A stretch of DNA of 64,000 nucleotides from Dehalococcoidia bacterium. GTDB taxonomy: Bacteria; Chloroflexota; Dehalococcoidia; Plut-88900. The DNA is taken from contig CBDBLV010000003.1 of the NCBI GenBank assembly GCA_965207225.1, forward strand, positions 256,001 through 320,000, in the 5' to 3' direction. Of this stretch, positions 55,715-64,000 are shown one piece after another. Below the pieces are notes generated by a model that saw only the letters and a program-made list of their open reading frames with translations, was not told the DNA's origin and searched no databases. Position 1 is the stretch's first letter; each line of letters starts with the position of its first letter. A program made the position numbers and the translations under genes.

Positions 55715-57043
55715 ATGACAACCCTCGCCAACGGCAAGGCCGCGAAGCTGCCTCTGGAGGGCATCCGGGTCCTGGACTTCTGCGTGGTTTGGGCCGGGCC
55801 CTTCGCCACCCAGCTCCTTGCAGACCTGGGCGCCGAGGTCATAAAGGTTGAAAACGTCCACCACTGGCAGCCTATGACCCGGGGCTTCCAGGCGCGACCC
55901 CCCAAGGAGACCCTGCCCGACCTGCCCCCCATGCTGGGCGGCTACCCGGACAGCGACCCCGGGCCCCGTCCCTGGAACCGGTGCCCGGGATTCAACAACC
56001 TCTTCCGCAACAAGAAGAGCATGACCCTGGACCTCAGGCAGCCCAGGGGTCGGGAGATCCTCAAACGCCTGGTCAAAGAGTGCGACATCTTCTACGAAAA
56101 CAACGTCACCGAGACCATGGAGAAGCTGGACATCAGTTACGATTTCCTCAAGTCCATCCGCCCTGACATCATCATGATGCGCGTCCCCGCCTACGGAAGC
56201 GTCGGGCCGTACAGGAACTACAGAGCGCTGGGGGTGCACCTGGAGTCGGTAATCGGGCACTCGTTGATACGGGGGTACCGGGACTCGGACCCGTCAACCA
56301 ACAGCGCCATATACATGGGGGACTACGCGGCGGGTGTGCAGGGGGCCTTCACCGTCCTGGCCGCCCTGCACTACCGTAAGCGCACGGGCAAGGGTCAGCT
56401 AATCGAGCTGGCCCAGGCCGAGAACGCAGTCAACTTCCTCTCAGAGGCGGTGATGGACTACACCCTGAACGGCCGGGTGCAGGGGACCCTGGGAAACCGC
56501 AACATGTTCGGATCGGCGCCCTGCGGGGCCTTCCCGGCCAGCGGAGACAACAACTGGATTAGCATCACCGTCTCCAACGACGCCGAGTGGCAGGGCCTCT
56601 GCGAGGCCATGGGCAACCCCGACTGGTGCAAGGACGAACGCTACTCCGACCAGTACGCCCGCTGGAAGAACGCCGACCAGTTGGAAGAGGAGCTTTCCCA
56701 TTGGACGGTCCAGTTCGACAAGTACGAGGCCTTTCACCTCCTCCAAAGCCACGGCGTGCCCTCGGGGCCAGTGATGCACGCCGGGGACGCCCACTCCGAC
56801 CCCCATCTGAAAGAGCGGGACTTCTTCAACCGCATAACCCACGCCGAGGCCGGGACCCACGACTACCCCGGCTTTATCTTCAACATGTCCCGGACCCCGC
56901 CGGTAGTGCGGAGCGCTCCATGCCGGATGGGGGAACACAACGAGTACGTCTACAAGGAGATACTGAAGGTTTCCGACGAGGAATACGCACAGCTGGAGGC
57001 CGAGGGCCACATCGGCATGGACTTCGACCCCGAGATCCCGTAG
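55715..57043 (+). CDS. Family III CoA-transferase, catalytic-Asp-bearing
   Basis: PLEGIRVLD, WAGP, GAEVIKVE, RNKKSMTLDL, YMGDYAAG. Confidence 0.93.
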   Translation: MTTLANGKAAKLPLEGIRVLDFCVVWAGPFATQLLADLGAEVIKVENVHHWQPMTRGFQARPPKETLPDLPPMLGGYPDSDPGPRPWNRCPGFNNLFRNKKSMTLDLRQPRGREILKRLVKECDIFYENNVTETMEKLDISYDFLKSIRPDIIMMRVPAYGSVGPYRNYRALGVHLESVIGHSLIRGYRDSDPSTNSAIYMGDYAAGVQGAFTVLAALHYRKRTGKGQLIELAQAENAVNFLSEAVMDYTLNGRVQGTLGNRNMFGSAPCGAFPASGDNNWISITVSNDAEWQGLCEAMGNPDWCKDERYSDQYARWKNADQLEEELSHWTVQFDKYEAFHLLQSHGVPSGPVMHAGDAHSDPHLKERDFFNRITHAEAGTHDYPGFIFNMSRTPPVVRSAPCRMGEHNEYVYKEILKVSDEEYAQLEAEGHIGMDFDPEIP

Positions 57044-57066
57044 CCCCACATCGCAAGGAGAATTAG

Positions 57067-57972
57067 ATGCCGGATAGAGAAAGAGTCGGGTTCGTCGGGT
57101 TGGGGATCATGGGCAAAGCCCAGGCCGCCAACCTCCTGAAGGCAGGCTTCCCCCTGACCGTCTACAACAGGACCCGCAGTAAGGCCGACGAGCTGGGCGG
57201 TGAAGGCGCAACCGTCGCCGACACCCCCGCCGACGTCGCCCGAAACAGCGACGTCACCATAACCATGGTCAGCGATTCGCCGGACGTGGAGCAGGTGATT
57301 TTGGGCAAGGGCGGCGTGATCGAGGGCGCGGCCTCGGGGTCCGTGGTCATCGACATGAGTACCATATCTCCCCAGGTAACCCAGAACATAGCCGGGGCCC
57401 TGGGGGAGAAGGGTGTGAGCATGCTGGACGCCCCGGTGAGCGGGGGGTCGTGGGGGGCGATACAGGGGACCTTGTCCATCATGGTGGGCGGCGACAGGCA
57501 GGTCTTCGACCGTTGCATGCCCGTCTTCGAAGCCATGGGCAAGACCATCATCTACACCGGCGGCAACGGTATGGGCCAGGTGACCAAGCTGGTCAACCAG
57601 ATCATGGTCGGGGGGACGCTGGCGGCGGTCTGCGAGGGCCTGGTCTTCGGGGCCAAAGCCGGAATCGATCTTGACCCCGTCTTCGAGGCGGTGTCAGGAG
57701 GGGCGGCGGGATCGTGGCAGCTCCAGAACCTGGGGTCCCGGCTCCTTAAACGGGACTTCGACCCCGGGTTCATGGTCAAGCTAATGCATAAGGACCTGCG
57801 CCTGATCACCGACGCCGGGCGGGAGATGCAACTTCCCCTTCCTCTGACCAGCCTGATCCACCAGTTCTACCACGTCCTCCAGAACGAGGGCTACGGAGAC
57901 GAGGGCACCCAGGCTTATGTAAAGGTGCTGGAGAAGCTGGCCGGGGTAGAAGCCCGGGGCCGGGAGGCTTGA
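57067..57972 (+). CDS. NAD(P)-dependent beta-hydroxyacid dehydrogenase (GarR/MmsB family)
   Basis: GFVGLGIMG, DMSTISP, DAPVSGG, TKLVNQ, KDL. Confidence 0.94.
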   Translation: MPDRERVGFVGLGIMGKAQAANLLKAGFPLTVYNRTRSKADELGGEGATVADTPADVARNSDVTITMVSDSPDVEQVILGKGGVIEGAASGSVVIDMSTISPQVTQNIAGALGEKGVSMLDAPVSGGSWGAIQGTLSIMVGGDRQVFDRCMPVFEAMGKTIIYTGGNGMGQVTKLVNQIMVGGTLAAVCEGLVFGAKAGIDLDPVFEAVSGGAAGSWQLQNLGSRLLKRDFDPGFMVKLMHKDLRLITDAGREMQLPLPLTSLIHQFYHVLQNEGYGDEGTQAYVKVLEKLAGVEARGREA

Positions 57973-57973
57973 A

Positions 57974-59008
57974 GTGAAGATGCGCTTCGGGGTGGGGATG
58001 GGGGGCACCCTCACCACCAAGAACGTGGGAGAGCACGCCAAGGTCGTCGAGGACAGCGGCTTCTCCTACCTCACTCTGGTCGACTCCCCGCCTAGGTCCC
58101 GGGACGTCCACATCATGATGGCCCTGGCGGCCATGGCCACAAAGAGGATCAGGATCGGGCAGGGAGTCGTGGACCCGGTGACCATACACCCCTCGGTCAT
58201 CGCCAACATGACGGCCAGCATCAACGAGATGTCGGATGGCCGGGCTTTCATAGGCTTGGGAACGGGCAATCCCATCGTGAAGCACCGCAGGAAAGTAACC
58301 CACGCCGTCATGCGGGAGGCCGTTCACTTCATGCGCAAGTTCATGGCAGGGGAGGAGGCGGAGTTCCAGGGGGTGAAGATGAAGTCCTTCTGGATCGGAG
58401 AGCCCCTGCCCATCTACCTGTCGGCCCACGGGCCCAGGACCATGCAGCTGGCCGGCGAGATCGCCGACGGCCTGATCTCCCTCTGCGTGGACCCCGTGTA
58501 CGTCGAATGGGAGATGAAGCAGCTGCGCAAGGGCGCCGAACGGGCGGGGCGGGACGTATCGAAGATCGACACCTGGGCCCGCACCATGCTCTACGTCGCC
58601 GATTCTAAGGAAGCCGCGCGCCGGGAGACCTCCGCCTACCCCTCAAGCTACGCCGACCTCTGCGACATGCTGGAGAGGGACGACGATGACGTGGCCGAGC
58701 TGAGGGAGGCCCTCGAAGCCAACGAGCCGGGCTCTGTGCAGGCGCTGATCAACGACTCCCGGGCCTTTGCCAACGCCCTTGACCCGGACGTGGCCGAGAG
58801 GGTGGATGCGCCCCACTCCAGGGCAGTTACCCAACGGCTGATCGACTTCTACCACATCTCGGGCCCACCCTCCGAGATGTGCGAAAAGATAGAGAGGCTG
58901 GGAGAGCTCGGCATCAAGACCATGTCCATGACCGCCTACACCCTCATCGACAAGATGGGAATGTTTCGCAAGGTCGGGGAGCACATCATTCCCCGCTTCT
59001 CCCAGTAA
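57974..59008 (+). CDS. LLM-class flavin/F420-dependent oxidoreductase
   Basis: TKRIRIG.GV.DP.T.HP, S.GRA.IGLGTG, PIYLSA.GP.T..LAGEIADG. Confidence 0.9.
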   Translation: MKMRFGVGMGGTLTTKNVGEHAKVVEDSGFSYLTLVDSPPRSRDVHIMMALAAMATKRIRIGQGVVDPVTIHPSVIANMTASINEMSDGRAFIGLGTGNPIVKHRRKVTHAVMREAVHFMRKFMAGEEAEFQGVKMKSFWIGEPLPIYLSAHGPRTMQLAGEIADGLISLCVDPVYVEWEMKQLRKGAERAGRDVSKIDTWARTMLYVADSKEAARRETSAYPSSYADLCDMLERDDDDVAELREALEANEPGSVQALINDSRAFANALDPDVAERVDAPHSRAVTQRLIDFYHISGPPSEMCEKIERLGELGIKTMSMTAYTLIDKMGMFRKVGEHIIPRFSQ

Positions 59009-59038
59009 AAGACCCTCCCCCCTCTTCATCTAAACTTC

Positions 59039-59246
59039 CCGTCATTCCCACGCAGAACATGCCCCCGAGAAGTCGGGGGAATCCATCCCTCCTCTTTCTC
59101 CCCAGTATTGAACTAGAGGCATACGCATGTGCGTTGCACATGCGTATGCCTCTGTTCTTCTTCCCCCTCTCCCTTAAAGGCCCTAAGAGCCTGCCCCGAG
59201 TCCCTCGAGGGGGAGAGGGGGATCAAGGGGGTGAGGGTTCCCCCGT
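59039..59246 (-). repeat. GTCATTCCC...GGGAATCC repeat plus composite palindromic repeat copy 2
   Basis: Reverse complement of the 2336-2485 layout; perfect 18-bp stem at 59115-59153. Confidence 0.85.
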
Positions 59247-59285
59247 GGAGCCGAGGGGCATTCCATCCCCAAGAAGATCGGACAT

Positions 59286-59314
59286 TTGCACTATATGAAC
59301 CCCCGTGCTATATT
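59286..59314 (+). promoter_or_regulatory. Sigma70-type promoter of the dispersed module, copy B
   Basis: TTGCAC-17bp-TATATT with an extended TG; conserved in copy A at 313-341. Confidence 0.75.
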
Positions 59315-59319
59315 ACGCC

Positions 59320-60125
59320 CCAGGCCGCCGACCTCACACCTCGGCGCCCATCACAATGCAGGATCAAAGGAGTCCCATGAGCCGCATAAGCCTACACAGG
59401 CCCCGTCTCAGCCGAACGGTATCCCACCGCCCGGCCCCCGGCACGCGCCTCCTCCCAGGCTCCTTTCTCTTTCCACCCGACGTCCTGCACCCCAACACCC
59501 ACTACAAGCGCTGCCCAAAGGACCAACGCCTTGGCCTTCGCAGCGATCAATCACCGCCCCGCCCCCCGCAAGGAAGGTCCCCGGACAAATTACGGCACGC
59601 CCTATACAAGGGCCATTGCCAGGTGCGCGCCCCGCTCATAGGGCGCAACGGTTTCGTCCCGACAGACGACGCTAAGGAGCACGGTGTAATGCTGCTCCAC
59701 CGGGCCATAGCGCCCTTCTTGGATTCCACCGTCGTCACCATCGGAAAACTCCGGTCTACGAACGGCGGTCACGGGTCCTCGCTCCCATCCCTCAGGGTGG
59801 TAAAGCACTTCCGGTGGTCGAGACTGCCCCAGAGCGAGAGTTTCTCGTGTCTCGTCCGCGTCCCCTCGGAAGTATGGGGCTGTGATTCCACCGTCGTCAC
59901 CACCGGCATGTTCCGGTCTATGAACGGCGGTCACGGGTCCATGCTCTCACCCCTTGGGGTGCTAGAGCGCTTCCGGTGGACGAGGCTGCCCCAGAGCGAG
60001 ATTTTCTCGCGTCTCGTCCATACCCTATCGGAAGTGTGGGGCTGTCGCAGGGTCGACGCTGGTGTGGACTGTCCCCAGGGGCGGACACCCCGCATCGGTA
60101 CAGGCGTCGCCGACATCCTGCGCAA
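59320..60125 (+). ncRNA. Candidate large structured RNA (unknown family)
   Basis: Downstream of the conserved promoter; consecutive hairpins; pairing-preserving substitutions between tandem 162-nt units; G-U pairs favour the + strand. Confidence 0.45.
59722..60045 (+). repeat. Tandem direct repeat, 2 x 162 bp
   Basis: Units 59722-59883 and 59884-60045, ungapped, 26 differences by hand count. Confidence 0.95.
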
Positions 60126-60180
60126 ACCGTCCGGGACCTTCCACCACCTCCCTTCCTTGTCCGCCATTCCCTCTCTTACG

Positions 60181-60387
60181 ACCGTCAATCCTGCGGAGGC
60201 AGGAACCCATCCCTTCGAAACAACCACCCCCAGCTGTGCAACTCACCCCATCCCCTCTCTTTTCTCCAGTACTGAACTAGAGGCAGGGGTTGGCGCTAAA
60301 GCGCCAACCCCTGCCTCTGTTTTTCTCTCCCCCTCTCCCTTGAAGGCCCTAAGGGAGAGGGGGATCAAGGGGGTGAGGGTTCCCCTG
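60181..60387 (-). repeat. REP-like repeat plus composite palindromic repeat copy 3
   Basis: ccgtcaatcctgcggaggcaggaacccatccc, then the same flanks as 59082-59246; perfect 18-bp stem at 60279-60318. Confidence 0.85.
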
Positions 60388-60486
60388 TGGGGCTGGGGGT
60401 ATTCCCTCTCCGTAAGGGCGACCAGCTGGTCGCCCTCCCCTTGCTACCTGCGCCACGCGAAATCCCCAGAAATCCCTTCAGGCGTC

Positions 60487-60627
60487 GTTCAATCAAACCA
60501 GCTACGAGTTCAATCAATGTTCAATCAACGTTTAATCAAAAACCCGCAACTGAATAAGAGGCCCGACCCATTGCCAACCCGCCGGACCAGCCGCCAACTT
60601 GACAGCCTCAACCCTCGCCACTATCCT
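60487..60627 (+). promoter_or_regulatory. Four phased GTT(C/T)AATCAA repeats and a TTGACA-17-TATCCT promoter upstream of SBP paralog 3
   Basis: Repeats start at 60487, 60508, 60519 and 60530; -35 at 60599-60604, -10 at 60622-60627. Confidence 0.65.
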
Positions 60628-60757
60628 AGCTCCACCCTAGCGGGTCTTGCGGCGGTCGCCCCGCCGTTGAGGTGGAGAGCCCCGTCGCAGGTATCCCGTT
60701 TACCCCAGTCCCAATCGGCGTTCATCAGAGTCCATCAAGAAAACAGGAGGACCTTGT

Positions 60758-62182
60758 ATGAAGCTAGGAAGATATAGCTATAGGAGAGCCGGCCGCGGCA
60801 GGCTGATGATAGCCGCGCTGGGGCTGGCCTTGATTGTCCTGATGGTCATGGCAGCCTGTGGCGAAGCTGCTACGGCCACGCCCGAGCCCGCGCCTCCGGA
60901 GCCCGAGCCCACCGCCATGCCGGAGCCCACCGCCATGCCGGATGAGCCGGACGAGCCGGATGCACCGGCGCCCACGGCCATGCCGGACGAGCCGGACGCA
61001 CCGGCCCCCACGGCTGCACCGCAACCCACGGCGACCCCCGAACCGCCCGCAGGGCCCCGGGCCATGTCCGAATGGACCGTCGACAACCCGGCCACCCGGG
61101 AAGAGATCGAGAACGAGCTTCAGAGATTCCGGGGCCAGAGCCTGGTATTCGCCACATGGGGCGGCGCCTACGAGGCAGCCCAGGCGAACGCCTACATGGC
61201 CCCCTTCCAGGAGCAGTTCGGTGTCGAAATAGTCACCGACACCATGAACTACGCCAAGGTCAGGGCCCAGGTCGAAACGGGCAACCTGCAGTGGCACGTC
61301 CTGGACTACGGCGGACAGGCCGCCTGGCAGGCCGCCACCGACGGATTCCTGGAAGAGTTGGACTTCAGCATCATTGACAACCGGGACTTCCTGGAAGCCG
61401 GCAGGTCGCCATACTTCGGTGGTGGTGGCATAACCTGGTCCAACGTGGTTGCCTACAGCCTGGAGGCCGTAGATGAGCTCTGGGGCGGCACACACCCGAC
61501 CACCATGGCCGACGTGTTCGACTGGGATAACTTCCCCGGCGAGCGCTCGCTGGCCTCTCCGGAATGGAGTTGGAAGACCAGCCTCCGGTTCGCCCTCCTT
61601 GCCGATGAGCCGGAACTCCTGGAGACTGCCGAAGGCCGGGCCTCCCTCACGATCCTTTCCGACGAGCAGATAGACAGGGCGTACGAGTTGCTGGACGACA
61701 TCGGTCCCAGGATCAAGTTCTGGTGGAGTTCGGGAGTGGACTGCCCCTCGGGCCTGATTGCCCGGGAGATCGACTTCTGCACGGCCTGGAACGGCAGGAT
61801 CTTCGACGCCGAAGTCAAAGAGGGTGAGCCTATCACCATCTGTTGGACCTGCGGCCACATGATCAACACCGACTCCTGGGGCGCCCCCAGGGGCCTGAAG
61901 GACCAGGACGCCAACCTCTTCGAGCTGGCGCAGCTGTTCATGGCCTGGACCTCCTTCCCGGAGATCAACGCCGAGCTGTCCAAGTACATCAGCTACGGCC
62001 CCATGAATCTGGCGGCAGTGCCCATCCTGGACGGCCCGGATTTCGATGAGGTCCGGGACCACCTCCCCACCTCGTCCTCCAACGTCCCCTACGCCATCAT
62101 CGAGGACGAGAACCACGATGGTCAGATAGGCGACGTTATGGGTGAACGCTGGGTCGCCTGGCAGCAGTCGCTGACCAACTAG
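60758..62182 (+). CDS. Extracellular solute-binding lipoprotein (PotD-like), paralog 3
   Basis: VMAAC lipobox, PEPTAM-repeat linker, TWGGAY, YAKVRAQVETGN, AWNGR, YGP.N; AGGAGG RBS. Confidence 0.92.
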   Translation: MKLGRYSYRRAGRGRLMIAALGLALIVLMVMAACGEAATATPEPAPPEPEPTAMPEPTAMPDEPDEPDAPAPTAMPDEPDAPAPTAAPQPTATPEPPAGPRAMSEWTVDNPATREEIENELQRFRGQSLVFATWGGAYEAAQANAYMAPFQEQFGVEIVTDTMNYAKVRAQVETGNLQWHVLDYGGQAAWQAATDGFLEELDFSIIDNRDFLEAGRSPYFGGGGITWSNVVAYSLEAVDELWGGTHPTTMADVFDWDNFPGERSLASPEWSWKTSLRFALLADEPELLETAEGRASLTILSDEQIDRAYELLDDIGPRIKFWWSSGVDCPSGLIAREIDFCTAWNGRIFDAEVKEGEPITICWTCGHMINTDSWGAPRGLKDQDANLFELAQLFMAWTSFPEINAELSKYISYGPMNLAAVPILDGPDFDEVRDHLPTSSSNVPYAIIEDENHDGQIGDVMGERWVAWQQSLTN

Positions 62183-62208
62183 GCCCGGTTTACAACTGAA
62201 TAGGGATT

Positions 62209-62250
62209 TTTGGGGCCCCCAGCGTTGCCGGGGGCCCCAACTTCTGTCTT
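62209..62250 (+). terminator. Intrinsic terminator after SBP paralog 3
   Basis: ttgggggccccc...gggggccccaa-type GC hairpin followed by a T-rich tract. Confidence 0.7.
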
Positions 62251-62453
62251 CTTGTTCGCGACCGGCTTACCATTCTCCGGGCCTCTCACCGACATATCGG
62301 GACTTGGGATAATAACCTGTTGCCAAATCCCATTCCGTATGTAAGAATCGGTTCAGAACCAAATTGGGTTTGACAAAAGCCTCGCCAGTGAGGAGCCCAG
62401 AAGGGCCGGGGAGCGGCGAGGCAGCTACAACTGAATCCAAATCTGAATTGTAG

Positions 62454-62485
62454 GTGGCGGTCTACTTGACCGCCGCTTTTTGTTT
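62454..62485 (+). terminator. Terminator hairpin in the mgtE leader (possible attenuator)
   Basis: gtggcggtc-tactt-gaccgccgc followed by tttttgttt just before the mgtE start. Confidence 0.7.
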
Positions 62486-62503
62486 GTGGAGATCGTCCTT
62501 CCC

Positions 62504-63859
62504 ATGCTGGAACGGATAGACACAACGCCATCATCGATGGATGAGATCAAGACCCACCTGGACCAGCGCGAGCTGAACCATGCGGTGTCGGCCCTGGAGG
62601 CCCTCGAGCCCGGCAACAGGGCCTCGGTGCTGTTCCAGCTGGATGTCCGTTCCCGCCAACTGCTTTTCTCGGGCCTGACCCATAAGGCAGCGGGGCGGGT
62701 GCTGTCTGTGCTGGACGTAGAGGACGCGCTGGAACTCATCCGCGGGGCGGACCCCGTTCTGATCGCCCTCTGGCTCGAGCACGCCGGTCCTATGGCGGGT
62801 TCCCAAGTATTACGCGCCCTGCCCCCAACCTTTGCCCAAAAGGTCCTCGACGCTTTCCCCGCATCCGACTCCTTGCTCCCCCTCATCGACAGTCCCGGGA
62901 GCACGGCGGGGGCCCTGATGACGCCCGAGTTCGTCGCCTTCAAGGAGTGGATGTCCGCCTCGGAGGCGCTGGACTTTCTGAGAGCGTCGCGCCCTGACCC
63001 CAAGCTCGCAGCACGAGCCTACGTGGTCGACATGTGGGACCGGCTCACGGGGGCGGTATCCATGACGGACCTGGTAATGGCCGACCCGGCCACTCCCCTG
63101 CGGGAAGTGATGGACTCCCGTTTGATATTCGTGGCGCCCGGCACCCGGCAGGACGAGTGTGCACGTCTGATGCTGCGCCACAACCTCCCCTCCATACCGG
63201 TGACCGACGAGCGAGGGACCCTCCTGGGAGCGGTCTCCATGGACCAGGCCGTGGACTCCATAGAGGAAAAAGTTTCCAAGGACATGTACCGCCTGTCGGC
63301 GCTGTCCCAGCCGGAGCGGCTCGGGACCCCGGTTTCCACCTCCGTCCGGAACCGTCTGCCCTGGTTGGCGCTGAACCTCGCCACCATCGGCATAGGGTCG
63401 GTGGTCATAAGCCTGTTCGAGTCGACCATAGCCAAGATGGTGATCCTGGCGGCCTTCATTCCGGTGGTGGCAAGCCAGGGAGGGGTGGGGGGTGCACAGA
63501 CCATCACACTGATGATCAGGGGGCTGGCCCTGGGGGACATCACATTCAAGGACACCCGCAAGGCCCTGGTGAAGGAGTTTGCCCTGGGTTTGACCAACGG
63601 CCTCGTCTTGGGCCTGATGGTAGGGGTGGCGTCCTATGCGTGGAAGGGAGACATAGTGCTGGGTATGGCGCTGGCAATAGCCATGCTCGGCACCATGATA
63701 ATGGCCGGGATAAGCGGCGTGGCCGTGCCCCTGGGCCTGAAGCTCTTCAGGATAGACCCGGCGGTAGCCTCCATGGTATTCGTGACCACCATTACGGATA
63801 TCTGCGGCTTCCTGCTGTTCCTAGGGCTGGCCGGAATACTCCTCAACGCCCTAGGATGA
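62504..63859 (+). CDS. mgtE: Magnesium transporter MgtE
   Basis: TAGALMTPEF, CBS pair, RLPWL, LAAFIPVVA..GG..G.Q, DPAVAS..FVTTITD; start uncertain (62480, 62504 or 62537). Confidence 0.94.
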   Translation: MLERIDTTPSSMDEIKTHLDQRELNHAVSALEALEPGNRASVLFQLDVRSRQLLFSGLTHKAAGRVLSVLDVEDALELIRGADPVLIALWLEHAGPMAGSQVLRALPPTFAQKVLDAFPASDSLLPLIDSPGSTAGALMTPEFVAFKEWMSASEALDFLRASRPDPKLAARAYVVDMWDRLTGAVSMTDLVMADPATPLREVMDSRLIFVAPGTRQDECARLMLRHNLPSIPVTDERGTLLGAVSMDQAVDSIEEKVSKDMYRLSALSQPERLGTPVSTSVRNRLPWLALNLATIGIGSVVISLFESTIAKMVILAAFIPVVASQGGVGGAQTITLMIRGLALGDITFKDTRKALVKEFALGLTNGLVLGLMVGVASYAWKGDIVLGMALAIAMLGTMIMAGISGVAVPLGLKLFRIDPAVASMVFVTTITDICGFLLFLGLAGILLNALG

Positions 63860-63890
63860 CATTGCGGGCAACATTAGGATGCCCCCGACC

Positions 63891-64000
63891 CTATTCCAGT
63901 GATACCTGGACATCTTCGCCCTCCACCCTGACCCGGAAGGTGTAGATGTTGTCCTGTACCGGCGGTGTGAGGGCCTCTCCGGTGGTGATGTCGAACTCTG
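63891..64000 (-). CDS. Partial CDS (3' end), probable Rieske-type ferredoxin
   Basis: EFDITTGEALTPPVQDNIYTFRVRVEGEDVQVSLE* resembles the C-terminus of small Rieske ferredoxins; the Cys/His ligands lie outside the window. Confidence 0.7.
   Translation of the reverse strand, partial: EFDITTGEALTPPVQDNIYTFRVRVEGEDVQVSLE

Noticed and set aside
59820-59885. ACTGCCCC motif suggesting a cobalamin riboswitch
   Set aside because: B12-box and other conserved elements are not evident, and no cobalamin-related gene follows.
59722-60045. 162-bp tandem repeat as CRISPR or as a minus-strand protein repeat (59602-59934)
   Set aside because: Only two abutting units with no spacer; the minus frame has three stop codons in the second unit.
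62379-62422. Hairpin as SRP (4.5S) RNA or T-box
   Set aside because: Lacks the CAGG..GGAA..GCAG SRP core and the GGTGGTACC T-box sequence.
1-64000. tRNA, rRNA, integrase, transposase or prophage genes
   Set aside because: None recognised by eye in the sequence or ORF track; a tRNAscan/Infernal run would be needed to exclude them formally.

Overview
High-GC bacterial chromosomal window. Gene content (F420-type DDN and LLM oxidoreductases, expanded amidohydrolase and family III CoA-transferase paralogs, Pro/Thr-linker lipoproteins, a 12-repeat ankyrin lipoprotein) suggests a Chloroflexota/Dehalococcoidia (SAR202-like), possibly host-associated, genome; this is inference. Housekeeping genes gyrA, proB, proA, mnmG and mgtE are interspersed with a single-chain restriction-modification gene inserted between proB and proA, HicAB modules, three paralogous orphan solute-binding lipoproteins, a catabolic cluster (amidohydrolases, hydantoinase A, deaminase, FAD oxidase) and three tandem GrdE-like reductase subunits bracketed by two CoA-transferase pairs. 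Non-coding highlights: (i) a promoter-driven, about 800-nt hairpin-rich region at 59.3-60.1 kb containing a tandem 162-nt unit whose substitutions preserve base pairing, with a homologous 5' module at the window start (candidate multicopy large structured ncRNA); (ii) dispersed palindromic repeat families, one copy lying in frame inside mnmG; (iii) a repeat whose perfect 18-20 bp stem differs in sequence between copies. All calls are from reading the sequence by eye; no database searches were run.
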